Below are positions 9,657 through 20,096 of a stretch of DNA of 64,000 nucleotides, piece after piece. The stretch is from an uncultured Desulfurococcales archaeon. GTDB taxonomy: Archaea > Thermoproteota > Thermoprotei_A > EX4484-217-1. Numbering within the stretch: the stretch's first letter is position 1; each line of letters starts with the position of its first letter. The notes beneath the pieces are model-generated. The model had not been told where the DNA came from, ran no database searches, and worked only from the letters and a program-made list of their open reading frames with translations. Both the position numbers and the translations under genes were made by a program. Location: positions 77,691 through 141,690 of the forward strand of contig CAYOTT010000003.1 in assembly GCA_964406965.1 (NCBI GenBank), read 5' to 3'.

Positions 9657-10082
9657 ATGGTTCTCCAAAGAACATATGTTATGATAAAACCTGACGGCGT
9701 AAAACGAGGGCTTATAGGTGAAATAATTAGAAGAATTGAAAATAAGGGTCTTAAAATAGTTGCTTTAAAAATGCTTAAACTATCCAAGGAGAAAGCCGAA
9801 GAACTTTACTCTGTACATAAAGGAAAGCCGTTTTTCAATAGCTTAGTAGAGTTTGTTACCTCAGGACCTGTAGTAGCGATGATTGTTGAGGGTGATGAAG
9901 CAGTAAGTGTTATGAGAACACTCATAGGGCCTACCGATGGTAGAAAGGCTCCTCCAGGAACGATTAGAGGAGACTTTGCCTTATCTGTTCAGGAAAATAT
10001 AATTCATGCTGCCGATAGCGTTGAATCTGCTGAAAGAGAAATGTGGATTGTTTTTGATAAAAGCGAAGTTGTTTCTTACTAA
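9657..10082 (+). CDS. ndk: Nucleoside diphosphate kinase
   Basis: [20 protein letters not shown]...GTIRGDF...NIIHAADS motifs. Confidence 0.95.
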   Translation: MVLQRTYVMIKPDGVKRGLIGEIIRRIENKGLKIVALKMLKLSKEKAEELYSVHKGKPFFNSLVEFVTSGPVVAMIVEGDEAVSVMRTLIGPTDGRKAPPGTIRGDFALSVQENIIHAADSVESAEREMWIVFDKSEVVSY

Positions 10083-10088
10083 ATCTTA

Positions 10089-13000
10089 CTAAATGAAAAC
10101 CATTGCTGCAAATGATGGATTAAATTTTCTCTTCACTTTAACTATTTCTCTAAGAACCATTAGTTCGTCATTGCTTAATTCTGATTTATACTTTTTAATC
10201 CATAATTCAACGTGTTTTTCAGGAACATCTGTGTAGAGGATGTCTCCTTCATTAATTTGCCTACCAACCATAACTCTGCCTTTAATAGATATTGCTACTG
10301 CTTGTCCAACTTTTGCTTCACCTATGTTTTTGCCTTTATCTTGTATTTGAAGTATTTCACCTATTCTTTTACCATCACTTGCCCTCATAAGGGGGTATCC
10401 TGGCCTTACTATTCCTCCTAAAACCTCTATTCCAACTATTGCTGGCTCGCTTCTTCTAAAAACGTATCCTGGAAGTATTCTGATTTTACCTGGTCTTATG
10501 AGTTTTTGTAGTTCAGCTAGTTTTTCTCTTTCTCTTTCCTTAGTAAGCCATTCAAGATATTCTTCTATGAGCCTGTAGATTACATTGTGCTTAAATATTC
10601 TAATGTTTTCTCTAGTAGCTTCTTCTTCAACTTCGGGAAGAGGCTTCACATTGAATGCTAAAATTACTCCGTAGTATCTGTTTTTCTTAAGGGAGGTGGA
10701 GGCTTCAACAACATCTCTTTTACTTATAGGTCCTACATCTGCTAATCTAACCGGAATATTATTTCGCTTTAAAGCTTCCACAAGTGCCTCTAATGTACCT
10801 AAAGTGTCAGCTTTAACAACAACTCCTACGACATCCTTTGAAATTCTTATGCTAGCTACTTCTTCAGCAACTTTCCTCTTATACTCTTCAACTTTAGTTA
10901 AATCCTCAACTGCGAAAATAGGTGAACCAGCTAATGCATCATTAAGGTTTGGAGCTGAAATTTTAACTCCAGCAGCTGCAATAACATGGTCTACCTGCAT
11001 GAATTTTTCTTCTGGAGCACGTATTTCCTGCAGTGGTTTAGGCATTAGTAAGGCTCTTATTTTAGTAACTATTGGCTCATACTTTCCTCCAACAACTATT
11101 ATGTCTCCTTTTTTCAATATACCATCGTAAATTATGACGTCTATTGTCGTACCTAATCCTGGTTCCTCTTTAACCTCTAAAATCACTCCCTTAGCTGGGC
11201 CTTCAGCATACATGAGTCTTTTAGCCATATATTGCTGTGTAAGTCCTGCAAGTACTGCTAAAAGTTCGGGAATCCCCTCGCCTGTCTTTGCTGAAACTGG
11301 AACTATAGCTACAGTTTTTGTGAAATCCCTTATTCTATCAAACCTATCGGCTCTAAAACCTAACTTATACATTTCACCTATGATTTTATATAATAGTTCT
11401 TCAAGTCTTGTTTGAACGTTCGGAGACTGTTTTCTAAAGGTTATAAGGAATGGTTCATCGGGGTGGGGTTTCCACCCAGGAATTTTATCTATTTTATTTG
11501 CGGCTATGAGGAACGGAACTTTTCTTTGCTTAAGAATCTCAATGCTTTCGAAAGTTTGGTCCTTAAATCCTTCAGTAATATCAACAACTAAAATAGCGAA
11601 ATCAGCAACACTCCCACCCCTCCTTCTAAGATTCGAAAAAAGCTCATGACCAGGAGTATCTATGAAAAGCAATCCCGGAATCTTAAGTCTAATAGGGAAC
11701 ATTTTACGTAAGGACTCACATATCTTCTCAATAACATGAGTTGGAACAACGCTGGCACCAACATGCTGAGTAATCTCACCAGGCTCTCTCTTAGCAACAG
11801 CAGTACCCCTAATCTTATCTAAAAGTGTGGTATTATGCACTATTACTCCATTAGCTATGAAATTCTGTGTTTCAGAAACGCCCAGATCATATAGGTATCC
11901 TTTGTAGGGGATTTTCTTAACATTAATTACTTTAACAAACGATGTGCTCTCAAAGTTAGGAATAGATATTTTTCTGTGCTCTTTATTCTCCCAAATTCTG
12001 AGGATCTCAATTCCTAATTTCGTTATTTTTCCTTCAGAATCAAGAAGCCCATCTGCTTTGAAAGATCTTAAAGTATTTACATCTTTTAACCGACCTTTTA
12101 ACACTAAGATTTTCTTCTTAAGCTTACTTTCAAATTGAGGTTCTGAAAGCTTCGCCTTAATATTGTTGATAAATTTCTTCCATGTTCTAAGAGTCATTTT
12201 CTCGAAATTGTTCTCATATTTTCTTAAGTAAGGTATTCTGACATCAGTAGCTGATAAACCAAAGTACAATCGCAGTCTTCTTAAACTTTCCCCACTTAAA
12301 GGTATTCTTTCTACTACTATGTCGTCTCTTGTACTACTCCTAACTATTTCACTAAGCTTATTCATCTTCGCGGGATCGTTAAAGCCTATGTTTTTCATGA
12401 ATAGCTCAAGGTTCCTTTTACCCTTAATGTATAGGTAACTATATGTTCTGCCGTTTTTCTCGTATTCAGCATATTTTGATGAAATCCCATATCTTAGCAG
12501 TAACCATTTCATTTGTTTTAGAAATATCGGAGATGCTGAAACAACTTCTATACGCTTCTGCCTCGCATCAACAGTAGCGTCTGCATCAAAGTAGCCCTTA
12601 ATAAACTCTGCCGCAAGATCTAATGGAGCTATTTGAACTATTTCAGGAAGCACTATGCTTCTTGCTTTTCTCCTTAACGGATAGTTGAAGAGTATTGTAA
12701 AGAATTTCCTTACAGCTCTACCGCCGATAACTCTTACTTCACAAACATTATTATTGCGTGCTATATAAGTTGAAGCTTTTAATGTTGAAAGATATTTTAT
12801 GAAAAGCTCTAGTATTTTAGAATTCGCTGTTGTTAATCCCTCAAAACCTGAAGACCCGTCACCAAACATTAAGCCAGCTATATAGAATATTTTCTTCCAC
12901 GCTGCTCTAGTTTTAGGAAGCTTTATCCACTTTCGTGAGTGCCCTACCCTTCTTTTCCTACTGGAAAAAGTAAGTGATGTTATGTTAGCGAAGACTTCTT

Positions 13001-13610
13001 TTCTACTTATATTAAATTCCTGTATTATTCTAAGTATGTCCTCTCCTCTAAGCTTGTTATTATAGAACCTATGGTAGCTTGGATCATAAGCAGAAATTTT
13101 CATTTTCTTTAAAAGATCCTCTCTAAGTCTAAATAACGATGATTTCTCATAAATTAGCTTTTCAAGAACGTAGGCCTTTAACTTCTCAAAAGAGCTCTTA
13201 AAAGGCACTCTTATTGGAACCGCTACATAATCACCTATTCTTATATCATCAGCTCGCTTCCAGCCTTCAAAGGTTAGAAATGGGTGCTCCGGTGTTACCT
13301 TAACAGAGCTACCATCAGCAAGAGTTATTTCATAAACAAATCCATCATATTTTATTCTCCATACATGCTCTGTTTCCCTAATTTCAATGTTTAAATCCTT
13401 GGTGCAGGAGTAAACAGGTGTTTTCCTCTTAATTTTCTCATATTTGCCATCTCTATCAATCTCATACTCTTCACTAAACAATTTTCTAATTTGAATAAAT
13501 CTGCCATCTCCTAAAAACACGTATTCATCGGGATGTAAGCATTTACCGTGATCAACATGTCCAAGAACTACAACAATAGGTTGCCTTAGCTTCTTACCTT
13601 CAACACTCAT
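10089..13610 (-). CDS. infB: Translation initiation factor aIF5B (IF-2 family GTPase), intein-containing precursor
   Basis: 1173-aa ORF. The exteins rejoin to give VVLGHVDHGK|TTLLDKIRG (G1 motif), then DTPGHE and NKID. Extein length is 603 aa, normal for aIF5B. Confidence 0.95.
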   Translation of the reverse strand: MSVEGKKLRQPIVVVLGHVDHGKCLHPDEYVFLGDGRFIQIRKLFSEEYEIDRDGKYEKIKRKTPVYSCTKDLNIEIRETEHVWRIKYDGFVYEITLADGSSVKVTPEHPFLTFEGWKRADDIRIGDYVAVPIRVPFKSSFEKLKAYVLEKLIYEKSSLFRLREDLLKKMKISAYDPSYHRFYNNKLRGEDILRIIQEFNISRKEVFANITSLTFSSRKRRVGHSRKWIKLPKTRAAWKKIFYIAGLMFGDGSSGFEGLTTANSKILELFIKYLSTLKASTYIARNNNVCEVRVIGGRAVRKFFTILFNYPLRRKARSIVLPEIVQIAPLDLAAEFIKGYFDADATVDARQKRIEVVSASPIFLKQMKWLLLRYGISSKYAEYEKNGRTYSYLYIKGKRNLELFMKNIGFNDPAKMNKLSEIVRSSTRDDIVVERIPLSGESLRRLRLYFGLSATDVRIPYLRKYENNFEKMTLRTWKKFINNIKAKLSEPQFESKLKKKILVLKGRLKDVNTLRSFKADGLLDSEGKITKLGIEILRIWENKEHRKISIPNFESTSFVKVINVKKIPYKGYLYDLGVSETQNFIANGVIVHNTTLLDKIRGTAVAKREPGEITQHVGASVVPTHVIEKICESLRKMFPIRLKIPGLLFIDTPGHELFSNLRRRGGSVADFAILVVDITEGFKDQTFESIEILKQRKVPFLIAANKIDKIPGWKPHPDEPFLITFRKQSPNVQTRLEELLYKIIGEMYKLGFRADRFDRIRDFTKTVAIVPVSAKTGEGIPELLAVLAGLTQQYMAKRLMYAEGPAKGVILEVKEEPGLGTTIDVIIYDGILKKGDIIVVGGKYEPIVTKIRALLMPKPLQEIRAPEEKFMQVDHVIAAAGVKISAPNLNDALAGSPIFAVEDLTKVEEYKRKVAEEVASIRISKDVVGVVVKADTLGTLEALVEALKRNNIPVRLADVGPISKRDVVEASTSLKKNRYYGVILAFNVKPLPEVEEEATRENIRIFKHNVIYRLIEEYLEWLTKEREREKLAELQKLIRPGKIRILPGYVFRRSEPAIVGIEVLGGIVRPGYPLMRASDGKRIGEILQIQDKGKNIGEAKVGQAVAISIKGRVMVGRQINEGDILYTDVPEKHVELWIKKYKSELSNDELMVLREIVKVKRKFNPSFAAMVFI
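11832..13541 (-). mobile_element. Intein (570 aa) with LAGLIDADG homing-endonuclease domain, inserted in the aIF5B P-loop
   Basis: Begins with Cys codon TGC (plus-strand gca at 13539-13541) right after GHVDHGK. Ends ...GVIVHN (Asn codon at 11832-11834), followed by Thr as the first C-extein residue. Block A is CLHPDEYVFLGDG, block B is VKVTPEHPFLT. LAGLIDADG motifs are YIAGLMFGDGS and FIKGYFDADATV. Confidence 0.9.
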
Positions 13611-13746
13611 GTCGAATCACTCCAAACACTATTGCGAAACAGCAGTTTTAAACGTATTTAATACTACATGATTCTTATATCCTCAATTAAGTCCTTGGAA
13701 AATCTATGTCGAACACAGCATAAATGCTATTTAATGGTCTTTTCAT

Positions 13747-14178
13747 TTATATTCGCTTTTTAAAGCTAGCATAGGTTAAGGTTCTTACACCATATTTCTC
13801 AGCAATTTTCATAAGCTTTCTATCTTCAGTGACAAATACGGCGTTAGTGCTCTTTGTTGCTACTATGTATGATGCATCATAGAATGTTATTTTTTCATCA
13901 CATGCTAACTCCATTACTTCCCCGATGTTAAGGTTTCTTAAGCTAATAATGTTAATTATTTTCTTCTCTGTAAGCTGTTGAAATATTAAAATTATTTCTA
14001 ATGCGTCACTTAAACTCATGTATTTAAGTAGCATGGTTAGCTTCCACAGGACATTACCAACTTCGTACATCGTTAATTCCGTAATGTTTAAGGAATGCTT
14101 TGTTGCCGTAGAAATGATTTTAGCTCCAAAGTCTACAAGTAAAGGCACTAGTGATGAAGCATCGAGAAGATATTTCAT
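13747..14178 (-). CDS. vapC: PIN-domain toxin (VapC family)
   Basis: MKYLLDASSLVPLL N-terminus and later acidic positions (FYDASYI, FVTEDRKL) typical of the PIN fold. Overlaps the upstream small gene by 4 nt. Confidence 0.8.
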   Translation of the reverse strand: MKYLLDASSLVPLLVDFGAKIISTATKHSLNITELTMYEVGNVLWKLTMLLKYMSLSDALEIILIFQQLTEKKIINIISLRNLNIGEVMELACDEKITFYDASYIVATKSTNAVFVTEDRKLMKIAEKYGVRTLTYASFKKRI

Positions 14179-14432
14179 CTAAACCTATCCTCTCTCACAA
14201 GACCCGCTATAAGCTTCGAATCTATCTTTCCAGCTAAGCGCTTTTTCAAATTCTCTAGTCTATTCGAAAGCTCTTTAATTTCCAAATCCTCAACATATTT
14301 CTCTAGAAAATCCCTAACAACATTACTCACATTAATATCGTATTTCTCAATTTTCTCCTTAAGCTCCCTAGGAATCCTAACACTAATAATAACACTTCCC
14401 AAAAAACCACCGTAATACAATCTGTAATACAA
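14175..14432 (-). CDS. vapB: Putative VapB-type antitoxin (ribbon-helix-helix-like)
   Basis: VIISVRIPRELKEKIEKYDINVSNVVRDFLEKYV looks like a CopG/RHH N-terminal strand-helix-helix. Translationally coupled to vapC. The start is uncertain (the ORF-track start is TTG). Confidence 0.6.
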   Translation of the reverse strand: MYYRLYYGGFLGSVIISVRIPRELKEKIEKYDINVSNVVRDFLEKYVEDLEIKELSNRLENLKKRLAGKIDSKLIAGLVREDRFR

Positions 14433-14589
14433 ACTTATAAGCTTAGCTTACTCCAGCAAAAGAGCTTAGGTAAGATAGAATAAAGGTTAAGACGGTGGCC
14501 TAATATGTACGAAAAATCTGCTACTTCCAAACTCTTTGTCAGAGAAATAGCTTATGATATTAACTATTATCACGTACTCTTTCAACAAC

Positions 14590-15177
14590 CTACCTAGAGG
14601 AGCCTTTACCTTTATTAGGAACAACCATTTTCTCCTTAGCCGAATAAGCTATCCTATGGTAAATACCAACCTCCTTATCGTTAATAACTATTGACGCCTT
14701 TAATTCCAAAGGAAACGTTCTCTCCAACTCATTAAGCGCTCCTATAGCGAGCTTCGAATCATTCCCCAAAAGACCTTTAATAAACTCATCAACAGTAATA
14801 TCAATCATACTGGTTGTTAGTGAATCTTCTTTAAACTCTTTGAGGGGAAGACAGTATAGCAGTAATATATAGTTCTGAGGTTTAGAAGACTTAACAGGTC
14901 TAAAAACTAGGTAAATCATTCCCTCTTTTTCAACTAAAACCCATTCCTTATTTACAAGCTTAAATCCTTCACCATAATAATAACCCTTAGAGATATTATT
15001 ACCATGGTAGTACACCTTAGTGGGAGTAGTAGCAGGTGTTATAGGATAAGCAATTGTCGAAGGCGGAGACTTCACATTAACTTCTATGGCCATATTATAA
15101 CTTAACATTAGCATTAGTATCATAAAGATTACTCCTGCCTCCATTAGAATAATTATTATCTTAAGTGAAAATAGCAC
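14590..15177 (-). CDS. Hypothetical membrane-anchored protein
   Basis: 195-aa ORF with one N-terminal hydrophobic helix (IIIILMEAGVIFMILMLML), then a Pro/Thr linker and a soluble domain. No recognisable motif. Confidence 0.4.
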   Translation of the reverse strand: MLFSLKIIIILMEAGVIFMILMLMLSYNMAIEVNVKSPPSTIAYPITPATTPTKVYYHGNNISKGYYYGEGFKLVNKEWVLVEKEGMIYLVFRPVKSSKPQNYILLLYCLPLKEFKEDSLTTSMIDITVDEFIKGLLGNDSKLAIGALNELERTFPLELKASIVINDKEVGIYHRIAYSAKEKMVVPNKGKGSSR

Positions 15178-15428
15178 GTTCTAACACCTATGCACGCAAA
15201 GGATGCTTAAACATTACTGTAGAGGTACAGGTTAATAATGGTACATTCTTTATGCTGTTAGTGGCATTTAGGAGTTACTCATAATTAATAAGTTTAGTTA
15301 ATAAGCTTAGTTTTAGTATGAATTTTATTTAGATTATTTTGGCGTACTTCCTTAATAGCATAGATAAATTTAGAGTAAATCTTTGAATAATTGGCTTAGA
15401 AATAATTAAGGAGGGTGATCATTAAGCA

Positions 15429-16658
15429 TTGAGTAATATTTCACGTATGATGATTGCGTTTATATTACTGCTTCTTGCTCTACCGAGAACTACTTTATTA
15501 GCTCAAGGAAATACTGGTGAATACATTGTTTTTGAAGGTAAAAATGTTAGCTTACGAGTCCATAAAGACGTTGATCTATGGGTTAAAGAAAATAACAAAA
15601 ATATATTAGCAATTCTGGATAATAATGTTGAGAGAATATTTAGCATATTAGGCTTAAGTAAAGAAAGGATTAATGTAACTATAGTTCCTATGGAGTTAGG
15701 AGCAAAATTAGGGATACGGTATGAACCATTCCTAATAACGGATAATGGCGTTATTATTGCTTATGCTCCCCTTAAAGCGCGTGGTGCACAAGTATTATCC
15801 TTAGACAACGAAAGCCTAATGAGTATGGGCTATTTATTGGGTTGGGTTATTGATGCTATTGACATATACTTTATTTTAAATAACATAGGTTACTGGTATT
15901 CTGATGCAAGTTTCGGGCTTATGGAAGCATTAAAAATGGTAAACACTATACCTCAAGGCTATCTCGTTTTAAAGAAGACGTTGAAATATCCTCATGGATT
16001 TACCGCATCAATGATTAACATAGGTTATTATAAACCTATTTCAAAGGCTATTTTTGAATATAGAGTTCATGCACGATCCTATGCTTGGGAAGTTGATAGC
16101 TTTGGTTATTGGCTTATTGAAAAATATGGTGTAAATAGATTTATTGAACTATATAGGTTAATTGCACAGAACCCTAATGAACAATTATTTGAGAAAATAT
16201 ATGGAAAGGACCTAAATGAATTAGAGAATGAATGGTTAAGTTATCTTAAGGAGAAATATAATGGCACAGTATTTACTAAAAACACGGTCGCGGTCTTTTC
16301 GACAAAGAACTTAGTAGTAATTTATGATGAGCCTTTAGAAGATGTAGCCAAAAGCTCTAAAGACATCCTAACTAAAATGAGCTTTAACCTTTTTGAACTA
16401 AGGCCGAACGTTACTCTTTATTCTTCTGTCCAAATCGGAAGTACGTTAGAGAATGTGTTAGAAAATAACGATGTTCTTATAATAACCATAACAAGTAGTA
16501 AAGTGTTTAACGAGGTCATTAAGCTATCTAAGGTAAACATAGGTGCTTGTAATCACGGGTTCGTTTTTCTATCGAAATGCTATACTAGTAATAACGATGT
16601 ACTGTTTATAGTAGAACCTAATAAGTATGATAATCTCATTAGGCTTACTCATGAGTAA
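15429..16658 (+). CDS. Hypothetical secreted protein
   Basis: Strong SD-like GGAGGGTGATC lies 8 nt upstream of the TTG start. N-terminal signal-like MMIAFILLLLALPRTTLLAQG. The C-terminal half (SFGYWLIEKYGVNRFIELY...KIYGKDLNELENEWLSYL) is reminiscent of the helical tail of MA-clan peptidase-like proteins, but I found no HExxH. Confidence 0.5.
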   Translation: MSNISRMMIAFILLLLALPRTTLLAQGNTGEYIVFEGKNVSLRVHKDVDLWVKENNKNILAILDNNVERIFSILGLSKERINVTIVPMELGAKLGIRYEPFLITDNGVIIAYAPLKARGAQVLSLDNESLMSMGYLLGWVIDAIDIYFILNNIGYWYSDASFGLMEALKMVNTIPQGYLVLKKTLKYPHGFTASMINIGYYKPISKAIFEYRVHARSYAWEVDSFGYWLIEKYGVNRFIELYRLIAQNPNEQLFEKIYGKDLNELENEWLSYLKEKYNGTVFTKNTVAVFSTKNLVVIYDEPLEDVAKSSKDILTKMSFNLFELRPNVTLYSSVQIGSTLENVLENNDVLIITITSSKVFNEVIKLSKVNIGACNHGFVFLSKCYTSNNDVLFIVEPNKYDNLIRLTHE

Positions 16659-16881
16659 TAGTGCTACTGCTTTACGTGAAAAATATAAGGCTCTCATTAA
16701 TTTGCATCCATTTAGTGTTGGCGGCGCTTTCATCAACAATACATACTACATTATACCTCCAAGCATTACCCTTAATGAGCAAACATATAAAACAAACAAT
16801 ACCACGATGTTCATGATGCTAACTATTGCTTTAGCATTAGTAATTTTATGCATTACCCTAATAAGACGACGTATAGTATGA
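16651..16881 (+). CDS. Small hypothetical protein with C-terminal TM anchor
   Basis: ATG at 16651 overlaps the upstream stop (cATGAGTAA). The C-terminus MFMMLTIALALVILCITLIRRRIV is a tail anchor. The ORF track starts this ORF at 16627. Confidence 0.3.
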   Translation: MSNSATALREKYKALINLHPFSVGGAFINNTYYIIPPSITLNEQTYKTNNTTMFMMLTIALALVILCITLIRRRIV

Positions 16882-17131
16882 GAAATAAGCGCCGTATGTT
16901 CAAGCACGCTAAATATTTTATAACTAAATTGCTTGGTAATATTGTGGTATATTTCCAGTCGGTTAGTTTTCTTAAAAAATAAAACTCAATATTCATGAAG
17001 AACCTCTTTCCTCCAGTCTCAACATGAGTTTCATTATATGCTTAAGTATTTGTATGTTTTTATTCGGGAAAGTTTATATTTTGAAGGTGTTTTTACTTTT
17101 CTGCGACAGTGAAGTACGGTGGTTTAGGGTT

Positions 17132-17509
17132 ATGCCAGAGTTTAAGGTTGTTGTTTCGGACCCAACTACTGGTAAGGCTAAAACATATGTTGTGAAGGGT
17201 GATGCAGCCTATAGGCTAATAGGGTTGAAAATAGGCGATGTTATTGATGGTTCACTTATTTCTGGCGAGTTAAAGGGTAAGAAGCTTCAGATTCGTGGAG
17301 GTAGTGATAGCTCAGGTTTCCCTATGAGATCTGATATTCCGGGAGGGGTTAAGAAGAGAGTGCTTCTACAAGGTCCGCCAGGGTTCCATCCTAAGGAAAA
17401 AGGTGAAAGAAGAAGGAAAATGGTGCGTGGAAATACCATAACTGAAGACATTGTTCAAATAAATGTTAAAATACTTACCGAAGAAGAACTTAAGAAACTT
17501 GAAAAATAA
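17132..17509 (+). CDS. rps6e: 30S ribosomal protein S6e
   Basis: [19 protein letters not shown]...[28 protein letters not shown] matches S6e. The ORF-track N-terminal 36 residues are hydrophobic read-through, so I use the ATG at 17132. Confidence 0.9.
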   Translation: MPEFKVVVSDPTTGKAKTYVVKGDAAYRLIGLKIGDVIDGSLISGELKGKKLQIRGGSDSSGFPMRSDIPGGVKKRVLLQGPPGFHPKEKGERRRKMVRGNTITEDIVQINVKILTEEELKKLEK

Positions 17510-17564
17510 AGTATTTCAAAGAAACGCTAGTGGAATATTGTTTGAAGGAGGTTACTAAGCTAAA

Positions 17565-18806
17565 ATGCCCTGGGAAATTAAGCAACCTGAAGTAAATATT
17601 GGCGTAGTAGGACATGTTGATCATGGAAAAACAACTCTCGTACAAGCCCTAACAGGTAAGTGGACTGCTACATATAGTGAAGAGCTTAAGAGAGGTATGA
17701 CCATAAAGTTAGGGTATGCTGATGGAAACATAGCTAAGTGTAAGTGCTGTTCAGAGCCTGAAGCATGGACTACTGAGCCCTCCTGTCCTAAGTGTGGTTG
17801 TGAAAGTGAGCTTTTAAAGAGGGTGTCATATGTTGATGCACCCGGCCATGAAGTTTTAATGGCGACTATGCTTGCTGGAGCAACAATAATGGATGGAGCA
17901 ATACTTGTAATAGCAGCTAATGAACCTTGCCCTCAACCTCAAACTAGAGAGCATTTCGCAGCACTCGATATTGTCGGGATAAGAAATCTCATAATTGTTC
18001 AGAACAAAATAGATGTAGTGTCTAAGGAGCAAGCCCTCAAAAACTATAGGCAAATTAAAGAGTTTGTTAAAGGAACATGGGCCGAGGAAGCACCAATAAT
18101 TCCGGTAAGTGCTCTCCATAAAATAAACATTGACTTAGTGGTTAAAGCTATTCACGAAATCATACCAACTCCTCAACGTGATCTTACAAAACCACCGCTA
18201 ATGTATATTGCTAGAAGCTTTGATGTAAACCGTCCAGGTACGCCTCCGGAGAAGCTCATAGGAGGAGTTCTTGGAGGAAGCATTATTCAAGGAGTAATTA
18301 GGGTTGGAGATAAAATTGAAATTAGGCCTGGAGTACGCGTAGAAGTAGAGAGGAGTAAGATAGATTATCAGCCAATAGAAACTACAGTTACTAGTCTTAG
18401 ATTCGGCAACTTGGAAGTAAAGGAAGCGAGACCTGGAGGGCTTGTAGCTATAGGTACTGAGCTTGATCCAGCACTTACTAAAAACGATAACTTAGTGGGA
18501 AATGTCGTAGGTAAGCCCGGGCAGCTTCCGCCTGTGCTTTGGGAGATAACTTTGGAGTATAGGACTCTTGAAAGAGTTGTAGGTATGAAGCAAATGATGA
18601 AAGTTACTCCAATAAGGCCTAGGGAGAAGCTTATGTTAACTGTTGGAACAATGATTTCATGGGGTATAGTTAAGAATGTAACTAAGGACGTACTGGAAAT
18701 ATCTTTAGGAAAGCCTATTGTTGCTCTTAAGGATGCTAAAGTAGCTATAAGTAGACAAGTAATGGGTAGGTGGAGATTAATAGGTTGGGGAGTTCTAAAA
18801 TATTAA
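17565..18806 (+). CDS. eif2g: Translation initiation factor aIF2 gamma subunit
   Basis: [28 protein letters not shown] and QNKID motifs, plus the zinc-knuckle cysteines CKCC...CPKCGC. Confidence 0.95.
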   Translation: MPWEIKQPEVNIGVVGHVDHGKTTLVQALTGKWTATYSEELKRGMTIKLGYADGNIAKCKCCSEPEAWTTEPSCPKCGCESELLKRVSYVDAPGHEVLMATMLAGATIMDGAILVIAANEPCPQPQTREHFAALDIVGIRNLIIVQNKIDVVSKEQALKNYRQIKEFVKGTWAEEAPIIPVSALHKINIDLVVKAIHEIIPTPQRDLTKPPLMYIARSFDVNRPGTPPEKLIGGVLGGSIIQGVIRVGDKIEIRPGVRVEVERSKIDYQPIETTVTSLRFGNLEVKEARPGGLVAIGTELDPALTKNDNLVGNVVGKPGQLPPVLWEITLEYRTLERVVGMKQMMKVTPIRPREKLMLTVGTMISWGIVKNVTKDVLEISLGKPIVALKDAKVAISRQVMGRWRLIGWGVLKY

Positions 18807-19207
18807 AGTACAGAATAATTGTAGACACCAACATATTGCTTCAATCAGTAAGGCATAATATTGATTTATTTGAGAAACTAGGAGAAGCTTTACTAGCTAA
18901 ATTCGAAATTCTCATACCTGATGTAGTTATTAAGGAGCTTGAAAAATTAAGAAACAAAGGTAGACCTATTGAGAGGAAAGAAGCAACATTAATCCTCAAT
19001 TTAGTTAAAGATAAGGTCAAAATCGTTTCTGCAAGACAAACTTTTAGTAAAATAGATGATGCCTTACTTTCCTTAGCCATTGATCATAGAGCAATACTTC
19101 TCACTAATGATAGGGAATTACGTAGGAAAGCCCGGCTGCTAAGAGTACCCGTTGCTAGATTAAACATTAAGGAAAGAAGAATTTATGTTGAAGGAGTTTT
19201 CGATTAA
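18770..19207 (+). CDS. PIN-domain protein (Fcf1/COG1412-like, conserved downstream of aIF2gamma)
   Basis: [10 protein letters not shown]...[14 protein letters not shown] signature. Conserved aIF2gamma-PIN-Rpo7-Spt4 neighbourhood. The start is uncertain: GTG at 18770 overlaps eif2g, and TTG at 18785 is an alternative. Confidence 0.7.
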   Translation: MEINRLGSSKILKYRIIVDTNILLQSVRHNIDLFEKLGEALLAKFEILIPDVVIKELEKLRNKGRPIERKEATLILNLVKDKVKIVSARQTFSKIDDALLSLAIDHRAILLTNDRELRRKARLLRVPVARLNIKERRIYVEGVFD

Positions 19208-19292
19208 AAATTATTTATATAAGTGTACTTACTAAGTTACCTTTGCACGTAGGAAATAGTATGGCCAACGAGTAGCTAATAGGTGAATTCCA

Positions 19293-19880
19293 ATGTATTA
19301 TGTTTACAGGGTTTATGACATTGTTAGAATACCTCCCGAAATGTTTGATAAACCACTTACTGAAGCAGCACTTGCATCTCTTAGAGAAAAATATGAGGGA
19401 ACAATAGATAAGGAACTTGGCTTAATACTTGCAGTATTCGACGTTGATGTTTCTGAGGAAGGAACTATTATACACTGTGATGGCGCCACATATCATGATG
19501 CTGAATTTAGTATGTTAACGTTTAAGCCTATAATAAAGGAGGTTGTGGAAGGGGAAGTAGTGGAAATAACAGATTTTGGAGCCTTCGTGAACTTAGGCCC
19601 TCTTGACGCTTTAACACATAAATCACAAATACTTGATGATGTCCTCATGTATGATAGTAGGAGAGGTGCTCTCATAGGCAAGGAAACTAAGAAAATACTT
19701 GAAAAAGGAGATTTAGTAAGAATCCGTATTATTGCTGTAAGTGCGTCTCTATCAAACAAAGTTATGAAAATAGGTGCAACGATGAGGCAACCTTTCTTAG
19801 GGAAACTGGAGTGGATAAAAGAGGATCTTGAGAGAATATACGGTAAAAAGGAGGAGAAAAAGAAGCCTAAAAAGAGGTAG
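19293..19880 (+). CDS. rpoE: RNA polymerase subunit E' (Rpo7) with S1 domain
   Basis: VRIPPEMF N-terminus and the S1 motif GEVVEITDFGAFVNLGPLDALTH. Confidence 0.9.
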   Translation: MYYVYRVYDIVRIPPEMFDKPLTEAALASLREKYEGTIDKELGLILAVFDVDVSEEGTIIHCDGATYHDAEFSMLTFKPIIKEVVEGEVVEITDFGAFVNLGPLDALTHKSQILDDVLMYDSRRGALIGKETKKILEKGDLVRIRIIAVSASLSNKVMKIGATMRQPFLGKLEWIKEDLERIYGKKEEKKKPKKR

Positions 19881-19887
19881 CTAAACA

Positions 19888-20094
19888 ATGTCTTATCGTA
19901 GGAGGAAACCTTTTAAGGCATGTAAAAAATGTGGTGCTCTAGTTCCTCATGAAGAAATGCGATGTCCAGTTTGTAGTTCAAGAGAATTTAGTGATGACTG
20001 GGAAGGCTTAGTTATAATAGTCGCTAAAGAGTCTAAAACAGCTAAGTTCATAGATAAAAATAAGCCACACATGTACGCTATTAAGGTAAGATAG
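19888..20094 (+). CDS. spt4: Transcription elongation factor Spt4 (RpoE'')
   Basis: ACKKCGALV...RCPVCSS zinc ribbon, then DDWEGLVIIV...YAIKV. Confidence 0.85.
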   Translation: MSYRRRKPFKACKKCGALVPHEEMRCPVCSSREFSDDWEGLVIIVAKESKTAKFIDKNKPHMYAIKVR

Positions 20095-20096
20095 TT

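Noticed and set aside
9398-9787. 129-aa minus-strand ORF spanning rpl24e and the start of ndk.
   Set aside because: It is antisense to two unambiguous genes, and its sequence is hydrophobic junk.
16627-16658. Possible frameshift joining the 409-aa secreted protein to the downstream C-terminal TM anchor.
   Set aside because: An in-frame ATG at 16651 overlaps the upstream stop (ATGAGTAA), the usual signature of two translationally coupled genes. No homopolymer or slippery site is evident.
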